Notes: generated by a model not told the origin, from the letters alone. DNA of 41,165 bases from Bacteroidota bacterium (GCA_028876035.1 JAGWTK010000001.1:1-41165); one strand, 5' to 3'; counted from the first letter of the stretch, positions 16,300-25,790 are shown. Numbers and translations: made by a program.

Positions 16300-16710
16300 A
16301 TGTTTATGTTCAAGAAGTTTTTGGCTATTGCGGTAATTGTGGCCGCCTGTTATTCCTGCAACAACAATGAAACAAAATCTGCGGGTGGTGAAACAAAAGA
16401 CACAACAGCAGCAAAACCTGCCGAGCCTGCCGTAGCAGCAAATCCGGAAGCAGAAAAAGGAAAAGAGCTGATCGCGGGCGACAACTGTTTGACCTGTCAC
16501 AAAATCGACGAAGCTGTAACAGGACCGGCTTACCGCGATGTAGCCAACAAATACAGCAACGACGACGAAACCGTTACCAAACTCGCCAACAAAATCATCA
16601 AAGGCGGTTCGGGTGTATGGGGACAAATCGCGATGACGCCGCACGATACCCTGTCGGTTGACAACGCCAGGCTGATGGTGAAATACATTCTTTCGCTGAA
16701 AAACAAGTAA
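16300..16710 (+). CDS. class I c-type cytochrome (mono-heme), lipoprotein
   Basis: 136 aa. Signal/lipobox MFMFKKFLAIAVIVAACYSC, a single CLTCH heme-binding motif, and a downstream GQIAMTPH candidate Met ligand. Confidence 0.85.
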   Translation: MFMFKKFLAIAVIVAACYSCNNNETKSAGGETKDTTAAKPAEPAVAANPEAEKGKELIAGDNCLTCHKIDEAVTGPAYRDVANKYSNDDETVTKLANKIIKGGSGVWGQIAMTPHDTLSVDNARLMVKYILSLKNK

Positions 16711-16763
16711 GCAAAAGAAAGGAGGATAAGACACTGAGCGATTGAAAAATTAAACAAAAAAGA

Positions 16764-17480
16764 ATGAAGACTATTTTGCTTGCACTCGGATTACCAGCGA
16801 TGATGTTAGTGGGAAATGCAAACGATCCGCAACCTGCCGTCCACACGGTAACCAGCACTCCCGCAAAAGGGGGCTGGGTATCACTGTTTGATGGTAAGAC
16901 GCTGAAGGGATGGCACCTGTATGGAAAATCTGGCACCGGAGATGCCTGGACAGTAGAAAATGGCGCAGTGACCCTCCACCCGGGTGCCAAAGAAGGCGGT
17001 GACCTGGTGACCGATAAGGCCTACAGCAACTTCGACCTGAAACTGGAATGGAAGATTTCAAAAAACGGTAACAGTGGTGTTATTTTCCTCGTACAGGAAG
17101 ATCCCGCGAAATACGATCACACGTATAAATCCGGTCCGGAAATGCAGGTGCTCGATAACGATGGTCACCCCGACGGAAAAATTACCAAACACCGCGCCGG
17201 GGACCTGTATGATCTGATTAAAAGCAGTTCAGAACCCGTAAAGCCCGTAGGCGAATGGAACCAGGCCGAAATCATCGTGAACAAAAGCAAACTCACCCTG
17301 AAGCTGAACGGCGTAACCGTGGTGAGCACGACCCTCTGGGACGAACACTGGAAGCAACTGGTAGCAGGCAGTAAATTCAAAGACATGCCCAACTGGGGAA
17401 CTTTTACCTCCGGTAAAATTGCTTTACAGGATCACGGCAACGAAGTAGCTTTCCGCAATATCATGATCAAAGCGTTATAA
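16764..17480 (+). CDS. DUF1080 / 3-keto-disaccharide hydrolase family protein, secreted
   Basis: 238 aa with a signal peptide. Carries family hallmarks GWVSLFDGKTLKGW...GNSGV...ALQDHGNEVAFRNIMIK. Confidence 0.85.
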   Translation: MKTILLALGLPAMMLVGNANDPQPAVHTVTSTPAKGGWVSLFDGKTLKGWHLYGKSGTGDAWTVENGAVTLHPGAKEGGDLVTDKAYSNFDLKLEWKISKNGNSGVIFLVQEDPAKYDHTYKSGPEMQVLDNDGHPDGKITKHRAGDLYDLIKSSSEPVKPVGEWNQAEIIVNKSKLTLKLNGVTVVSTTLWDEHWKQLVAGSKFKDMPNWGTFTSGKIALQDHGNEVAFRNIMIKAL

Positions 17481-17490
17481 AAAAACAAAC

Positions 17491-18258
17491 ATGCTGACCC
17501 ATCTTTTCGTCACAAAAAGTTTTGTACTGGCAGCCTTCACTGCCAGTATTTTTTTTACGGTTGCCCCTAAACGTTATGAACCACCGGCAAAAGAAAAGCG
17601 CATACTTGTATTCGCCAAAACCAACGGCTTTCACCATGAAAGCATCGCCGACGGTATAGTAGCGATTCAAAAACTGGGTGCACAGAATCATTTTGCGGTA
17701 GACAGCACCACCGACTCCTTACAGCTCTCTGCCGACAACCTGAAAAAATACAGTGCCCTGGTTTTCCTCAGCACCACGGGGAAAGTACTGGGGCCCGACC
17801 AGGAAGCGGCCCTGCAGCAGTACATGAAAAAAGGCGGTGGCTGGGTAGGTATTCATGCAGCGGCCGACTGCGAATACAATTGGCCCTGGTATGGAAAACT
17901 GGTAGGCGGCTATTTTAAAAGTCACCCCAAACAACAGCAGGCCAAACTGATGGTAGTTGATAAAAAGCATCCCTCCACTGAACAACTACCGGATATATGG
18001 GAACGGTGGGACGAATGGTATAATTACAAAGACCTCAATCCCGATGTGAAAGTGCTGATCAAAATCGACGAAACTTCCTACACCGGCGGTGAGAATGGCG
18101 CCAATCACCCCATGGCCTGGTACCATACCTATGAACGGGGCCGCGCATTCTATACCGAGATGGGACACACGAAAGAATCATTTGTTGACCCCGTTTATCT
18201 CCAGCACATCCTGGGCGGAATTGAATGGGCGATGGGAACAAAGAAGATGGATGACTAG
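17491..18258 (+). CDS. ThuA domain-containing protein (trehalose-utilisation-like)
   Basis: 255 aa. Hydrophobic N-terminus, then ILVFAKTNGFHHESI...GGGWVGIHAA...HPMAWYH, typical of the ThuA family. Confidence 0.8.
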   Translation: MLTHLFVTKSFVLAAFTASIFFTVAPKRYEPPAKEKRILVFAKTNGFHHESIADGIVAIQKLGAQNHFAVDSTTDSLQLSADNLKKYSALVFLSTTGKVLGPDQEAALQQYMKKGGGWVGIHAAADCEYNWPWYGKLVGGYFKSHPKQQQAKLMVVDKKHPSTEQLPDIWERWDEWYNYKDLNPDVKVLIKIDETSYTGGENGANHPMAWYHTYERGRAFYTEMGHTKESFVDPVYLQHILGGIEWAMGTKKMDD

Positions 18259-18377
18259 CGCTATTCATCGCAACAACCAAAAATTGCATTTCGCTTGAAA
18301 CGAGCTGACGGGGTTAAAACACCTGAACGGTATTGAAGCGCATTTTGTAGTTTCAGGGTTAACCAGAAAACCCAACT

Positions 18378-18875
18378 ATGCAATTGCTGAAACCGTTTTA
18401 CTTTGCCGTTTGCTTCCTCCTTCCGTTGTTGGTGCACAGCCAATCAAAGCCAACTGCATCAAAAAAAATCGAATCCACGCTACAGGCTACCGCAAAGGCA
18501 ACGCTTGCAGGTAATCAATCTATCTTACTAACGGACTATATCATCGTTGCTTCGATGAATTCGAGAGAGTCTGCACCCGATCCAACGAGAGCTGGTAGCA
18601 ATACGGTGATAAAGTTCACCGGCACACCCGACAACGGATCAGAGGCCACTTCCCTGGCTATTACATTTGTTCCGGACGCTCCATTATACGATAAGGCGGA
18701 ATACATCGAATCGACCAAAACAATTTATCTTACCATGCCCGTGAGTCAATACCCCGTGGTCATGAGTGAAATCGCACAAACGATCGATAAACCCGGGTCC
18801 ACCAAAAAACTCAAAGGTATATGGCTGGATGCGCTTGCCGGAAGAACCATCGGCATCATTCAAATGCTTCCATAA
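18378..18875 (+). CDS. hypothetical secreted protein
   Basis: 165 aa with signal peptide MQLLKPFYFAVCFLLPLLVHSQ. I recognise no family. Confidence 0.5.
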   Translation: MQLLKPFYFAVCFLLPLLVHSQSKPTASKKIESTLQATAKATLAGNQSILLTDYIIVASMNSRESAPDPTRAGSNTVIKFTGTPDNGSEATSLAITFVPDAPLYDKAEYIESTKTIYLTMPVSQYPVVMSEIAQTIDKPGSTKKLKGIWLDALAGRTIGIIQMLP

Positions 18876-18911
18876 CTGCGTTCTTATTATTCATTACAAT
18901 AAACAAAGCAT

Positions 18912-19349
18912 ATGTCAATCTCAACCAACCTGCGCTTTCTCCTGATAGGAGCACTCTGTTTCACGATCGCTGCATTCCGCCCTGTAGAAAGGCCGGCCGC
19001 AAAAGTGTATGTGAAAAATATTATGATCATTTATAAAAAGCCAGCCGGAACGGGAGACGGACCCACACTGCGTATGCGGTTCCTGAACGGAACCAATAAA
19101 TCACAAACCTATACGATGAAAGGAAACATTCCCTTACTGCAGTTGGAATGCGAAAAACCAGACGGATCCATCATTGGCATACGGGGTCTTCAGGAGGATA
19201 TGACCTGTAGCTTCAGCTTAACCCTTCCTCCCGGCCAAAAAGATCTCATCATATCTGAGATAGGTGTAACCGGAGCTGGCTGGACCATGCGTATCAACAA
19301 CGGTCCCGAAATTCCCATTGTACAAGGGTTAACCGAAAGGAAAATGTAG
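18912..19349 (+). CDS. hypothetical protein with N-terminal hydrophobic segment
   Basis: 145 aa. It starts 36 nt after the preceding ORF on the same strand. No family recognised. Confidence 0.45.
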   Translation: MSISTNLRFLLIGALCFTIAAFRPVERPAAKVYVKNIMIIYKKPAGTGDGPTLRMRFLNGTNKSQTYTMKGNIPLLQLECEKPDGSIIGIRGLQEDMTCSFSLTLPPGQKDLIISEIGVTGAGWTMRINNGPEIPIVQGLTERKM

Positions 19350-19399
19350 TGGCGAAATTGCCCGGCACAATCTTTTGGTAGTATTTCTTCCGCTCCGAA

Positions 19400-19867
19400 T
19401 CAGATGTCAAATACAATTCCCTCCCCGCCGGTATTGCATTCGAATGCTTCCAGCGCAGAGAAATCGACGGTATGATACTGGCTGATCTTATCAAATGGCA
19501 CTACGTACAGGTGCGAGGGCTTGGCGGGTAATCCACCCAAACCGATGACCACAAATACCGGGATATTCGTGCGCTGCTGAAAGCGCGTCAATACATCCAT
19601 TTGTTCCTGGTCAGTCCAGGTAAACTTCTTCCTATAATCAGCCTGGCGGAAGCGTGATTCCACTGCAATTCGGGTGTTCGTGCCATTGACTTCAAAAATA
19701 TGCCCCGGCTCGAGCGGCGAAAGTGGATACAGTCCGGGTTGACGGGTATCGGTGCTCCTGTAGCGCTTGTTACAAAGTTGCTGGTGGATAAAGAGGGTGA
19801 AGGCCTGGCCTTTGTCGGACAAATCGCTGTCCGGGCCGGAAAAACGGGATACGGATGAGGGGGTCAT
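19400..19867 (-). CDS. hypothetical protein (weak resemblance to a restriction-endonuclease-like fold)
   Basis: 155 aa, with no competing ORF. The segment GHIFEVNGTNTRIAVESRFR followed by a hydrophobic strand IPVFVVIGLGG loosely resembles a PD-(D/E)xK core. This is not a confident assignment. Confidence 0.45.
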   Translation of the reverse strand: MTPSSVSRFSGPDSDLSDKGQAFTLFIHQQLCNKRYRSTDTRQPGLYPLSPLEPGHIFEVNGTNTRIAVESRFRQADYRKKFTWTDQEQMDVLTRFQQRTNIPVFVVIGLGGLPAKPSHLYVVPFDKISQYHTVDFSALEAFECNTGGEGIVFDI

Positions 19868-20016
19868 GGGATTTGGATTAAGCTACCAAAACGCACGGAG
19901 GCAAAAATAATTATGCGGTCAATCGAAAATCGGCCGCCATTCGTCGAAGCGCACAGCCTTCGATTCCATCGCAGATCAACAAAAATGGATATATTGAAGC
20001 ACCTAATTGCTTGTAC

Positions 20017-20937
20017 ATGAACAGAAGAGAGTTAATCAAGAGCAGCACCGCCGCCATCTTGCTTCCACAGCTGCCAAATCTGTCAAAAAAAGATCCGCCC
20101 GCGGCGCATTTCAGGTTCTGCCTGAACACCAGTACCATCATGGGACAAAAACCCGGGCTGATCAAATCCATCGAGATAGCCGCTGCGGCGGGTTATGATG
20201 GCGTGGAGCTGTGGATGATGGACATACAAGACTACCTCTCAAAAGGTGGCAGCACGGAAACGCTGGCCAAACTGCTGCAAACAAAGAAATTGAAATTTGA
20301 AAACGCCATCAGCTTTACAGAATGGCTGGTCGACGATGACACAAGGCGACAAAAAGCATTGGTTGCACTCGAAGAAGAAATGAAGATAGTAGCGACCATC
20401 GGCGGAAAACGAATTGCCGCACCGCCGGCAGGATTAGCGCCAGGCCAGGTTCCAGAGCTCACAAAAGCAGGTGAACGTTACCGTGAGATCCTCCAGCTTG
20501 GCCGGAAACACGGCGTAATGCCCTTGCTGGAATTCTGGGGCGCTTCGGGTTCGGTAGATAAACTGCCCGTAGCACTTGCCATCGCTGCCGAAGCCAATGA
20601 CCCCGACGCACGCATTCTCCCCGATGTTTACCATCTATTCCGTGGCGGCAGCGGGTTTGATGGCCTGCGGTTGCTGAACGGACACGCGATTGATATCATT
20701 CATGCAAACGACTACCCGGGCGGTAAACCGGTGGGGGAATTGACCGACGCCGACCGCGTCTATCCCGGCGATGGCGTGGCTCCCTATAAAAAAATACTGG
20801 ACAACCTGCGCTATATCGGCGGCACCAAAGTGCTTTCGCTGGAATTGTTCAATGCAGGTTACTGGAAGGAAGATCCGCTGGCCGTTGCGAAGACAGGATT
20901 GGCGAAAATGAAAAAACTGGTGAATAACGCACAATAA
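20017..20937 (+). CDS. TAT-exported sugar phosphate isomerase/epimerase-type TIM-barrel protein
   Basis: The ORF opens at TTG 20011; the first ATG (20017) gives MNRRELIKSSTAAILLPQL, a twin-arginine signal. Carries ILPDVYHLFRGG and IIHANDYP, typical of the fold. Confidence 0.85.
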   Translation: MNRRELIKSSTAAILLPQLPNLSKKDPPAAHFRFCLNTSTIMGQKPGLIKSIEIAAAAGYDGVELWMMDIQDYLSKGGSTETLAKLLQTKKLKFENAISFTEWLVDDDTRRQKALVALEEEMKIVATIGGKRIAAPPAGLAPGQVPELTKAGERYREILQLGRKHGVMPLLEFWGASGSVDKLPVALAIAAEANDPDARILPDVYHLFRGGSGFDGLRLLNGHAIDIIHANDYPGGKPVGELTDADRVYPGDGVAPYKKILDNLRYIGGTKVLSLELFNAGYWKEDPLAVAKTGLAKMKKLVNNAQ

Positions 20938-20953
20938 GTTTCAGCAAACGTTA

Positions 20954-21673
20954 TTACCTTCCTTTGAACCGGTAGAGGTAAGGTGCTTTATTTTGCGCGC
21001 CGGTATATTTTTTCTCCAAACGCTCCAGCACGCCCAGTGAGAGCATCTTTTTTTGAAAGTTGTTCATGGCGAAAGGACGCTCGTAAACAGCTTCATACAA
21101 TGCCTGCAGATCACGCATGGTAAATGTTTCAGGAAGAAGATTAAATGCAATCAGCTTTGAGTCGAGGTGTTCGCGCAGCGAAGCGAGCCCGGTTTCCAGA
21201 ATCTCATTGTGATCATAAATCATTTCGGGAACTGCATCAATGCTCCGCCATTCGAGGTATTCGTCAAATTCGCCGTTCTTCAATACAACCCTGTTGATAT
21301 CGAGCAAAGCGTAAAATCCGATGCACACAAACCGATCTGTCATCCAGTCGACCACTTCCTTGTTGAACCGCCTGGGATCATATTTACGTAACGCTTCTTT
21401 GAGAACGTTTTTATTCCTGCTGCCGATGATCCTGTTTTCATTGCCAAAAACACGGAATTGTTCGAGGTAGACCTTCTTCAATCCCGTTCGCTCCTGCAAT
21501 ACCCTGGCTGCAGCTTTTTCAACGCTTTCTGTTTTCCTGATATAGCCACCCAGCAACTCCCAGTTTTTCTTACCAAACTTGTTCCTGGAGATCAACACTT
21601 TCAGCGACCGTTCGGAATAACCAAATACGACACAGTCAAGCGATAAATTAGGTATGTATTCTTCGATTTGCAT
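20954..21673 (-). CDS. Nudix-domain transcriptional regulator (NrtR/AraR-like)
   Basis: 239 aa. Degenerate Nudix box GGYIRKTESVEKAAARVLQERTGL. The C-terminal winged-helix-like region FTMRDLQALYEAVYERPFAMNNFQKKMLSLGVLERL is typical of NrtR-family regulators. Confidence 0.8.
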   Translation of the reverse strand: MQIEEYIPNLSLDCVVFGYSERSLKVLISRNKFGKKNWELLGGYIRKTESVEKAAARVLQERTGLKKVYLEQFRVFGNENRIIGSRNKNVLKEALRKYDPRRFNKEVVDWMTDRFVCIGFYALLDINRVVLKNGEFDEYLEWRSIDAVPEMIYDHNEILETGLASLREHLDSKLIAFNLLPETFTMRDLQALYEAVYERPFAMNNFQKKMLSLGVLERLEKKYTGAQNKAPYLYRFKGR

Positions 21674-21736
21674 GATGAAGCCAACCGGGCCAAAGATAAC
21701 GGCATTAATGACCTGTTGAAAGAAGAGGGGAAGGTA

Positions 21737-21763
21737 TCTATTATCTTTTTTGTAGATAATAGA
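21737..21763. promoter_or_regulatory. candidate operator palindrome in divergent promoter region
   Basis: Perfect 9-bp inverted repeat tctattatc (21737-21745) / gataataga (21755-21763) with a 9-nt T-rich spacer. It lies between the Nudix regulator start (21673) and the TolB-like gene start (21809). Confidence 0.35.
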
Positions 21764-21808
21764 AATTTTTGTTTAGATTCGTTGATATTTCACTAAAAAC
21801 GCTGCCAT

Positions 21809-22735
21809 ATGTTGTATTCTCTTTTCCGGAAAGCGCTTGCTGTTTTTATACTTATTCCTCTCCTGTCTACGCGTGTTATTGCGGCTGATACCACCAGCTA
21901 TATTCAGGTATTGAACGTCGCCACCCGACACCTGGATACGATACTGGTGGCAAAGTATCACCTGGAAGCACCGAACTGGCATCCCAACGGCTACCTGATT
22001 GTAAATAGCTATGGCAAACTCTATACACTTAATCTTGCCAGCAAGCAACTCGCAAGACTCAATACCGGCTTCGCCGAAGAATGCAACAACGATCACGGAC
22101 TTTCGCCCGACAAGAAATGGCTGGCCATCAGCCATAATAACCGCGCAGACACTTCGTCCAAACCATACCACTCCGCCATCTATATTCTTCCCGTGGGGGG
22201 AGGCGTACCAAGGCCCGTCACCAATCAAACGCCATCTTACTGGCATGGCTGGAGTACCGATGGAAAAACACTGGCCTACTGTGCAGAAAGAAATGGCAAC
22301 TACGATATCTATACGATTGGAGTTACTGGCGGCGCGGAAAAGCGAATGACCAGCGCGGAGGGCCTGGACGACGGTCCCGAATATTCACCGGATGGTAAGT
22401 ATATTTATTTCAACTCTTACCGTACAGGCCATATGCAAATCTGGAGAATGAAAACAGATGGGTCGGAACCGGAACAACTGACATTCGATGAGAACTCCAA
22501 TTGGTTTGCCCATCCTTCGCCCGACAACAAGCACATTGTTTTTATTGCTTATATTACTGATGAAAAACAAAGTCATTTGTTCGGGAAGCAGGTCAAACTG
22601 CGATTAATGGATCTTAGAACGAAAGAGATAAAGGACCTGACCGATGTATTTTTTGGCGGACAAGGAACCATCAACGTACCTTCCTGGAGTTCCGACAGTA
22701 AGAAACTTGCGTTTGTCAGTTATCGTGTCAATTAA
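21809..22735 (+). CDS. TolB-like beta-propeller (PD40 repeat) protein, secreted
   Basis: 308 aa with a signal peptide. Repeated PD40-type motifs: [44 protein letters not shown]. Confidence 0.75.
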   Translation: MLYSLFRKALAVFILIPLLSTRVIAADTTSYIQVLNVATRHLDTILVAKYHLEAPNWHPNGYLIVNSYGKLYTLNLASKQLARLNTGFAEECNNDHGLSPDKKWLAISHNNRADTSSKPYHSAIYILPVGGGVPRPVTNQTPSYWHGWSTDGKTLAYCAERNGNYDIYTIGVTGGAEKRMTSAEGLDDGPEYSPDGKYIYFNSYRTGHMQIWRMKTDGSEPEQLTFDENSNWFAHPSPDNKHIVFIAYITDEKQSHLFGKQVKLRLMDLRTKEIKDLTDVFFGGQGTINVPSWSSDSKKLAFVSYRVN

Positions 22736-22758
22736 CGAACAGCATTAAAATAAGCCGT

Positions 22759-24162
22759 ATGCATACCAACAATTCCCGCTCTTCAAGAAAGAAGTTTTTA
22801 CAACAAATCGGTGCCACCAGCCTGCTGGCCATGAGCAGCCCATTCTACTCGCTGGCAGCCGCCGAAAAAGCAGAGGAAAGAATACTGCGTTACGACAGAA
22901 AAATTTCGGCCGGCGATACCATTCGTGTCGGTGTAATTGGCTTCGGTATCCAGGGTCATTTCGACCTGGGGACCGCTCTTAAGGTGCCCGGTGTAGAACT
23001 GGGCGGGATTTGTGATTTATATACCGGCCGCCTGGTGAATGCAAAAGAAACCTATGGCAACGATCTCTTTACCACACGTAATTACAAAGAGCTGCTTGAC
23101 AGAAAAGATATCGATGCCGTGATCATCGCTACGACCGATGTATGGCATGCCCGTATCACCATGGATGCACTGGCAAAAGGAAAGCATGTTTACTGCGAAA
23201 AACCGATGATATATAAAATCAGTGAAGGCAAGCCGGTGGTAGATGCTGCAAAGAAATCGGGAAAAGTACTCCAGGTCGGCAGTCAGCGTGTAAGCAGTAT
23301 TGCCTCCGCCAAAGCAAAAGAATTGCTGGCCTCCGGCGAAATCGGAAAATTGAATATGGTGAATGCTGTGTATGACCGGCAGAGTTCTATCGGCGCATGG
23401 GAATACACCATCCCAAAAGATGCCAGCGCGGAAACTGTTGACTGGGATCGGTTTATCGAAGCGACGGGCAGGCTGGAATACGACCCGAAAAAATTCTTTT
23501 GGTGGAGGGCATTCAAAGAAGTAGGAACCGGCGTAGCAGGGGACCTTTTTATTCACCTGCTCAGCGGAACGCATTTCATCACCAATTCAAAAGGACCAGA
23601 AAGCATTTACAGCACCGGCCAGTTCAGCTATTGGAAAGATGGACGCAATATGCCGGATGTAATGGCGGGCGTTATGCAATACCCCGATTGCGATGAACAT
23701 CCCGCGTTTCAATTGACATTGCAGGTAAACTTTATCAGCGGCACGGGCGGACAGGAGGTGATTCGTTTTGTTGGTTCGGAAGGAACCATCGATGTTCAGG
23801 GGAATAGCCTCACCGTAAAACATAGTATCCTGCCCGAAGCACCGGGCTTCGGTGGTTATGATTCCGTATTTACTTTTTCAAAAGCTATGCAGGAGGAAAT
23901 GCAGAAAGATTACGATGCAGCATGGCCTGCAGAGAAACGCAGGCGCAAAACAAAAGACGATATTGTTTTCAAAGCGCCGCAGGGTTACAGTGATCACCTG
24001 GATCATTTTACCAATTTCTTTGATGCCATCCGTACGGGAAAACAGGTTACTGAAGACGCCCTGTTTGGATTCCGCGCTGCTGCTCCCGCGCTTTCCTGCA
24101 ATGAAAGCTTTTTCACGAAGAAGATTATTCAGTGGGATCCGGTCAATCTGAAAGTTAAATAG
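22759..24162 (+). CDS. Gfo/Idh/MocA family oxidoreductase with TAT-type signal
   Basis: 467 aa. N-terminus MHTNNSRSSRKKFLQQIGATSLLAMSSPFYSLAAA. Rossmann segment IRVGVIGFGIQG. EKP motif HVYCEKPMIY. Confidence 0.9.
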   Translation: MHTNNSRSSRKKFLQQIGATSLLAMSSPFYSLAAAEKAEERILRYDRKISAGDTIRVGVIGFGIQGHFDLGTALKVPGVELGGICDLYTGRLVNAKETYGNDLFTTRNYKELLDRKDIDAVIIATTDVWHARITMDALAKGKHVYCEKPMIYKISEGKPVVDAAKKSGKVLQVGSQRVSSIASAKAKELLASGEIGKLNMVNAVYDRQSSIGAWEYTIPKDASAETVDWDRFIEATGRLEYDPKKFFWWRAFKEVGTGVAGDLFIHLLSGTHFITNSKGPESIYSTGQFSYWKDGRNMPDVMAGVMQYPDCDEHPAFQLTLQVNFISGTGGQEVIRFVGSEGTIDVQGNSLTVKHSILPEAPGFGGYDSVFTFSKAMQEEMQKDYDAAWPAEKRRRKTKDDIVFKAPQGYSDHLDHFTNFFDAIRTGKQVTEDALFGFRAAAPALSCNESFFTKKIIQWDPVNLKVK

Positions 24163-24393
24163 TTTAAATTTTAAGGTTCTTCGGTGCGACCCGCTGACGA
24201 GTTTTCCAGCACCATCGTGAGTAAAGAACGGTGCTGGTTTAAGGTCTAACGTCTGCGGTTACGCTGTTCGGTCGGTTTTTTTTGTCTTTCCTGTGAAAGC
24301 AGGAATCTAACAACATAAATTCCCGTACCGTCTCCGGTAATGGACGTTGCGTGCTTAAAAAAACAGTTTGGATAAATTCTGTATTCACAAATC

Positions 24394-24963
24394 GTGATAA
24401 ACGAAGCGCTAAAAAATTACATTCTTGCTGTGTCATCGCTCTCCGATGAAAGCAGAAATGCTTTTTTCAGCGCTTTCAAAACATGGGACGTTCCGAAAGA
24501 GCATTTTCTGGTAAAAGAAGAACAGGTTTGTAACTACATCTTTTTTGTTGCCAAAGGTGCGGTGCGCATTTTCTATCATAAAAACGAAAAGGAAATTACA
24601 GAATGGATTGCTCTTGATGAAGAGTTTCTGCTCTCGATACAAAGCTTTTTCCAACGTTCTCCCAGCAGGCTCATAATACAAACATTGGAGCCCTCGGAAA
24701 TATGGGGGATTTATTATGATGATTTAATAAGACTGGCAACTGCCCACCACGACATTGAAACCTGGTTTCGCAAATTGCCTTCCGCCGCGCTGATTCTTGC
24801 ACAAAACCGAATGGACTCCATTCAGTTTGAAACCGCCCATCAACGGTATCAAAATTTACTAAACCAGCACCCCAATATTATCAAAAGAGTTCCCCTCACC
24901 TACATCGCCTCCTTTTTAGGGATCACGATTGAAACACTGAGCCGGATGCGCGCTAAACAATAG
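24394..24963 (+). CDS. Crp/Fnr family transcriptional regulator
   Basis: 189 aa from GTG 24394; there is no in-frame ATG nearby. It has a cNMP-binding-like N-domain and a C-terminal HTH, RVPLTYIASFLGITIETLSRMR. Confidence 0.75.
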   Translation: MINEALKNYILAVSSLSDESRNAFFSAFKTWDVPKEHFLVKEEQVCNYIFFVAKGAVRIFYHKNEKEITEWIALDEEFLLSIQSFFQRSPSRLIIQTLEPSEIWGIYYDDLIRLATAHHDIETWFRKLPSAALILAQNRMDSIQFETAHQRYQNLLNQHPNIIKRVPLTYIASFLGITIETLSRMRAKQ

Positions 24964-24969
24964 TGTTAT

Positions 24970-24983
24970 TTGATATTTGTCAA
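24970..24983. promoter_or_regulatory. FNR/CRP-like box TTGAT-N4-GTCAA
   Basis: ttgatatttgtcaa matches the FNR-type consensus TTGAT-N4-ATCAA at 9 of 10 positions. It starts 7 nt after the Crp/Fnr gene stop, and its centre is about 78 nt upstream of the DUF4386 start codon. Confidence 0.4.
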
Positions 24984-25053
24984 ATCGCCGTTCCGGAAAG
25001 TTTCGGAAAATTGATCTCAAAACTTTTTTTCCAACATTCAGCAAAAGGCGATT

Positions 25054-25761
25054 ATGGACAATTCACCGCTTTTATTAAAAAAAGATGCAAGACTTGCAGG
25101 TTTTCTTTACCTGCTGCACATTGTTGCAATTGTGTACGGCGTTATCTTCATTTCAACAAAGTTTGGAATAAGCGGCACCGATGGAATGGCGAATAATATT
25201 ATCTCCAATGAATTACTGTTTCGAACAGGTATCGCGAGCCGGATTCTCGGCGTTATCACTACGCTGTTGTTGTCACTAACGCTATATCGGCTTTTAAAAT
25301 TAGTGAACAGCACGCAAGCACTGCTCATGCTTACGCTGGCAGTTCTTTCAGTGCCATTTCAACTTTTTGCTGAAGTTTTCAATATATCATCGTTAATGAT
25401 AGCAAAAGGGGAGTTGTTTAAATCAATAGGTAATCAGCAAAGGCATGAGCTTACAGTATTATTTCTCCATCTTTACAATAACATCGTCTCGGCAGGACAA
25501 ATATTCTGGGGACTTTGGCTCTTGCCATTCGGATTATTGGCGCTTAAAGGCAGACTGTTACCAAAGTTTCTTTGTGTGCTATTGATTGCAGGAAGCGCTT
25601 GTTATTTCATTGACTATTTGGCCTTTTTGTTCTCTCCGGCCTGCCGATCAATCACTGTTCTCGCGCTACTGGCCGGGTTTGCCTGCGAAATAGCAACTAT
25701 GGTATACTTGTTAAAAAAGGGATCAATCGAAAAACCCGTGCTGACTACGCAACAAAAATAA
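25054..25761 (+). CDS. DUF4386 domain-containing membrane protein
   Basis: 235 aa. KKDARLAGFLYLLHIVAIVYGVIF and multiple TM segments, typical of DUF4386. Confidence 0.7.
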   Translation: MDNSPLLLKKDARLAGFLYLLHIVAIVYGVIFISTKFGISGTDGMANNIISNELLFRTGIASRILGVITTLLLSLTLYRLLKLVNSTQALLMLTLAVLSVPFQLFAEVFNISSLMIAKGELFKSIGNQQRHELTVLFLHLYNNIVSAGQIFWGLWLLPFGLLALKGRLLPKFLCVLLIAGSACYFIDYLAFLFSPACRSITVLALLAGFACEIATMVYLLKKGSIEKPVLTTQQK

Positions 25762-25790
25762 GTTAGCGGAATCTGACAAAGATACCTGCA

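Noticed and set aside
16288-16734. A 148-aa minus-strand ORF overlapping the cytochrome c gene.
   Set aside because: It is antisense to an ORF with a lipobox and a CxxCH motif. Its translation is Cys/Phe/Arg-rich with low complexity.
24163-24393. Hairpins in the 231-nt spacer after the TAT-Gfo gene: ccagcacc/ggtgctgg at 24206-24237, ttcctg/caggaa at 24288-24305, and a T8 run at 24276-24283. These might be a terminator or a small RNA.
   Set aside because: The 8-bp stem has a 16-nt loop and only three trailing T residues, and the T8 run is not preceded by a convincing stem. This is too weak to call without transcript data.
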